From: Squalus acanthias
Lineage: Eukaryota
Direction of reading: 5' to 3'
Assembly: GCA_030390025.1 (NCBI GenBank)
Contig: CM059432.1
Coordinates: 104,472,001-104,536,000 of the forward strand
DNA length: 64,000 nt
Under the pieces are notes generated by a model. The model searched no databases. It had not been told where the DNA came from and saw only the letters and a program-made list of their open reading frames with translations. A program made the translations under genes and the position numbers. The first letter of the stretch is position 1; every line of letters starts with the position of its first letter. Positions 60,216 to 64,000 of the stretch are shown in pieces.

Positions 60216-60999
60216 GGTTTATTTTATTCCTCCTTTTAAGTTTGGATCTATACTCCCAATGGCAGAGTTTGTGGTTATGCCAAACAATTTATTGTGGCTC
60301 AGTTCATCAATATCGCTTACAATCTGTGTAAACATTCCCTGCTCCATTGCTCTCTCCTCATAGCTCAGTTGCCAAATCACCTTCAGTTTAATTACCCTTC
60401 TCTGAATCCAAAGTCAGGATATCCCCATATGTAATATGGTAGCCAAAAATGCACACTAGGTGGAGCCAAAGCAGTATTCTGTAAAAACTCACTATTACTC
60501 CTTGGGCCTTTTAAAAAAATCTCTGGCCATACACTTTAAGATCTTGCACAGGACATTTAGACGCAGAGTAAAAATCTGTCAGCAAAGCAGTCATCCTGCA
60601 ACAGTAATTGAACATTTGTACTTCCCACAGAAGCCATCCTTATGGTCTCTCTGAGTAAAATAGCCAATTTAAGGCCTGAAACTGCACTCCCATTGTGCTG
60701 CCAGTGCAGGGGCACTTTATGCAACCATCTCCTTAGACCTCTCCAGATTTTACACCGCCTTCTATTTCGCAGGTGAGTGCTGCGCTGCCAGTGTACTTTG
60801 CTCAGCTCACAGAAGTAAGGGAAGGGTACAGTTTCTGGGGAAATATTTAGAAAGTGCAGTTGCAGCATCTAAAGGTTAGAATGGCATTTCCTGTAGGGCA
60901 CAGAAGTATGGTTTGGAGAGCAACTTTGGTGAAAGAACTGGAAATGATTTAAATGTATTATGCTTGTTAATTGAACACTAGAGGGCCCCACTGAACACA

Positions 61000-61630
61000 G
61001 GGGGATTATGCATGGTGAGGGACACCAGGAAGTCGCTAGAGATGTCCTTGTCTGTGTCTGTGATGGGAATAGAGAGGCCATGGGAAGTGGCAGGTTGAGG
61101 GGGTGGCTATGAATATGGATAGGAGAGTCTATATGTAGGCAGTGGTTTAGGGAGGACAAGAGGGGAGTGAAATCAGAGGAGAGGGGGCAAGGAGAGCTAA
61201 GATGGAGACTGAAATGACCAAAGATTCAGAGGCACTCAGTGTAGAGGCCAAGGGAAGAAAAGAGGTGGGATATCTCAGGGACAAACTCAAAGTGGGACAT
61301 TGGGACATTAGACTGAGCATTTCAAAAGAGTGGAGTGAGGGGTGGAACAAAATGAGGTGCTCGAAGGAGGAGCAGGTTCAGAGGGGTAGGGTGAGAGACC
61401 AAGGTATGGTGCTAAGGGCCACACCACCACCACCACAGCAGTGTGGGTGGGGCAGGTGGTGGAAAGTATAGCCAGGCAGCCAGGCTTCAATAAGGGACAA
61501 GGTGTCACCAGCTTTTTGCCACATTTCAGTCAAAGCCAGGATGTTAATGCAATCCTCCACAATAAGATCATGGATGGCAAGGTCCTTTTTCATGAGTGAA
61601 CATACATTCTGGAGGGAAATGCAGAGATTG
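61000..61630 (-). mobile_element. L2-type LINE endonuclease remnant
   Basis: AIHDLIVEDCINILALTEMW...PGYTFHHLP...GGGVAL is an APE N-terminus; degraded downstream. Confidence 0.65.
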
Positions 61631-61919
61631 ATAATCCGCTGGCAGAATCCAAGGGGGTGGTGATGAGTAGTATGGGACTGACGGTCGTGGGGATAGCCCT
61701 CAGCGAGCGCTCTTGATAAAAGTATCAGTGATAGAAGAGAGACAAAACATCAACAACAAAGAGCATTAAGCAGCGGTAGGTTTCTGTCCGCTTTATTTTC
61801 AAAAGGCACTCTCTGATGAAATATTAAATCGGTATCAGTGCGATGTAAGCTAAAGTTTGGAAAATAAAATCAAACTTTGCATAAATATGTTTCCCAAGTA
61901 GTTGAAACAGAGTAGTGGG

Positions 61920-64000
61920 AGATAATGGGAGCCTTTCATTGTCACATAGACTGGAGGAAGCAGAATGGCTCGAGCCCCAAAGGCAGCGAATTTCTTGAGT
62001 GTATTCAGGACAGTTTTCTGGAACAATATATTCTTGAAACAACAAGAAAACAGGATTTAGTAATGAGAAATGCGCCTGAATTAGTCAATAGTCTAACAGT
62101 CAGGGAACGCCTATCTAACAGTGACCATAATATGGTAGAATTCGATATTCAGTTTGAGGGGGAGAAGGGTGAGTCACGAACCAAGGTTGTAAATTTAGGT
62201 CAGGCGGACTTTGGAAGGATGAGGCAGAAATCGACCACAATAGACTGGGCAGAACAATTAATGGATTAAACTATGGATCAACAGTGGGAGGTGTTCAAAA
62301 AGTATTTGGTAGACTACAAGACCTGCACATACCACTAAAGGGCAAGAGCTCTACTTGTGTAATTAAACAACCTTGGTCAACAAGGCAAGTGAGATAGTAT
62401 AAAACTAAAAGAAAGGACTTATACAGAGGCAAAGAACAGTCGAGATCCCGTGGACAGAGAGTGGCTTAATGACAGACACAGGCGATATTGTAAATGGAAA
62501 TCAGGAAATGGCAGACTTACTAAATAGCTACTTTGTATTGGTCTTCACAGTAGAGGATGAGGATCAAATACCAGAGAAACAAGGAAAATCAAAAATAAAT
62601 CAAGGGGAGGAACTAACTAGATTCAATATAAGTTAAAAAAATGGTGACGAAGAAACTAATGAGATTAAAGATAGACAAATCTCCAGGACCCAATGGTTTC
62701 TACCCCAGGGTATTAAAACAAGTAGGTGAGGAAATTATTGATGCATTAGTCATGATCTTCCAAAACCTGAGATTGGAAAATTGCCAATGTCACTCCACTA
62801 TTTAAGAAGGGTAAGAGAGGTAAACTAGGAAATTATAGACCTATTAGTCTAACGTCAGTTGTGGGGAAGATACTAGAATCTGTTAATAAGGACAGAGTGA
62901 CTGAGCATTTGGACAAATATGAACTGATCAGAGAGAGCCAGCATGGATTAGTAAAGGGTAAGTCATGTCTAACAAACTAGTTGAATTTTTTGAGGAGGCA
63001 ACTAACATGGTAGATAAGGGAGTGTCTATGAATGTTATTTATATGGACTTCTAGAAGGCATTCAACAAGGCTCCACATAAGAGACTTAACAAAAATGAGA
63101 GTGCATGGAATTGGAGGCAACCTATTGGCTTGGATAGGGAATTGGTTAGGATGTGGGAGACAGAGAGTAGGGATAATGGTGTGTTCTCAAATTGGCAGGA
63201 TGTGACTAGTGGTGGCCCCCCAGGGATCTGTACTGGCACCACAGCTTTTCACTATATTTATAAATGAATTGAATGAAGGAATAGAGAGCCATATATCTAA
63301 GTTTACTGATGACACTAAGTTAGGTGGCACAGTAAATAGTGTAGATGGGATCAGAAAGTTGCAAAGGGACATTGATAGATTAAGTGAGTGGGCAAAACTA
63401 TGGCAGATGGAGTTTAATGTAGGAAAGTGTGAGGTCATCCACTTTGGACCTGAGAAAGATAGATCAGAGCATTTTATAAATGGTGAGAAGCTAGGAACTG
63501 TGGAGGAGCAGAGAGATTTACAGAAATCACTAAAAGCTAGTGGACAGGTACAAAAAATAATTAAAAAGGCTAATGGAATGTTGGTCTTATTCTCAAGAGG
63601 GCTGGAATACAAAGGGTCGAAGTTATAATATAGCTGTACAGAGCGCGGGTGAGACCCCATCTGAAGTACTGTATTCAGTTTTGGGCCCCACACTTCAAAC
63701 AGGATACATTGGCCTTGGAGGAGGTACAGCGCAGATTCACCAGAATGATACCGGGGCTAAAAGAGATAAATAATAAGGACAGGTTGCATAGAGTAGGCTT
63801 GTATTCCTTTGCATTTAGAAGATTAAGGGTTGATCTAATTGAGATGTTTAAGATGATTAAAGGATTTGATAGGTTAGATAGAGAGAAACTATTTCCTCTG
63901 GTGGGGGAATCAGAAAAAGGGGGCATAACCTTAAAATTAGAGCTGGATTGTTCAGGGGTGATGTCAAAATCTGGAACTCTCTCCCCCAAAAAGCTGTTGA
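61920..64000 (+). pseudogene. Degraded CR1 ORF2, running to the window edge
   Basis: Fragments EFLECIQDSFLEQY...SDHNMVEF and PQGSVLAPQLFTIFINEL...KFTDDTK, colinear with 56348-59299 but with many stops and frameshifts. Confidence 0.9.

Noticed and set aside
60240..60450. Possible + strand exon after ctctcctcatag
   Set aside because: The minus strand resembles a decayed CR1 3' coding fragment (attcagagaaggg...ctgagctatgaggagag).

Overview
Eukaryotic, repeat-saturated DNA with no confidently identifiable host gene. The repeat content (tRNA-head Deu-domain SINEs, CR1 LINEs with a (TTCTTATG)n tail, Penelope-type 3' ends, many Harbinger derivatives) suggests a vertebrate, most likely a cartilaginous fish (inference). 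The left half is a nested stack built around a ~15.4-kb G-rich (GGT/GAT)n array (7702-29690). Two young, independently inserted copies of one Ty3/Gypsy LTR retrotransposon are present: 2073-6511 (TSD ACTAG, inside a Harbinger element) and 15864-20346 (TSD GGTTG, inside the array). The array also holds a probable solo LTR (26568-28627) that itself carries a Harbinger MITE. The most interesting signal is in the Gypsy element. It has no tRNA primer-binding site; instead the 11 nt after the 5' LTR are the exact reverse complement of 11 nt inside the LTR that begin at an initiator-like TTAGTT, which predicts Tf1-style self-primed reverse transcription. Its RT active site also reads YLDN rather than YxDD in both copies. 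The right half contains Harbinger-family elements that lost the transposase core but kept a Myb/SANT gene, MITEs, SINEs, Penelope ends with a hammerhead-ribozyme core, LINE fragments, and one CR1 with an uninterrupted ORF2. All alignments were made by eye; boundaries of old repeats are approximate.
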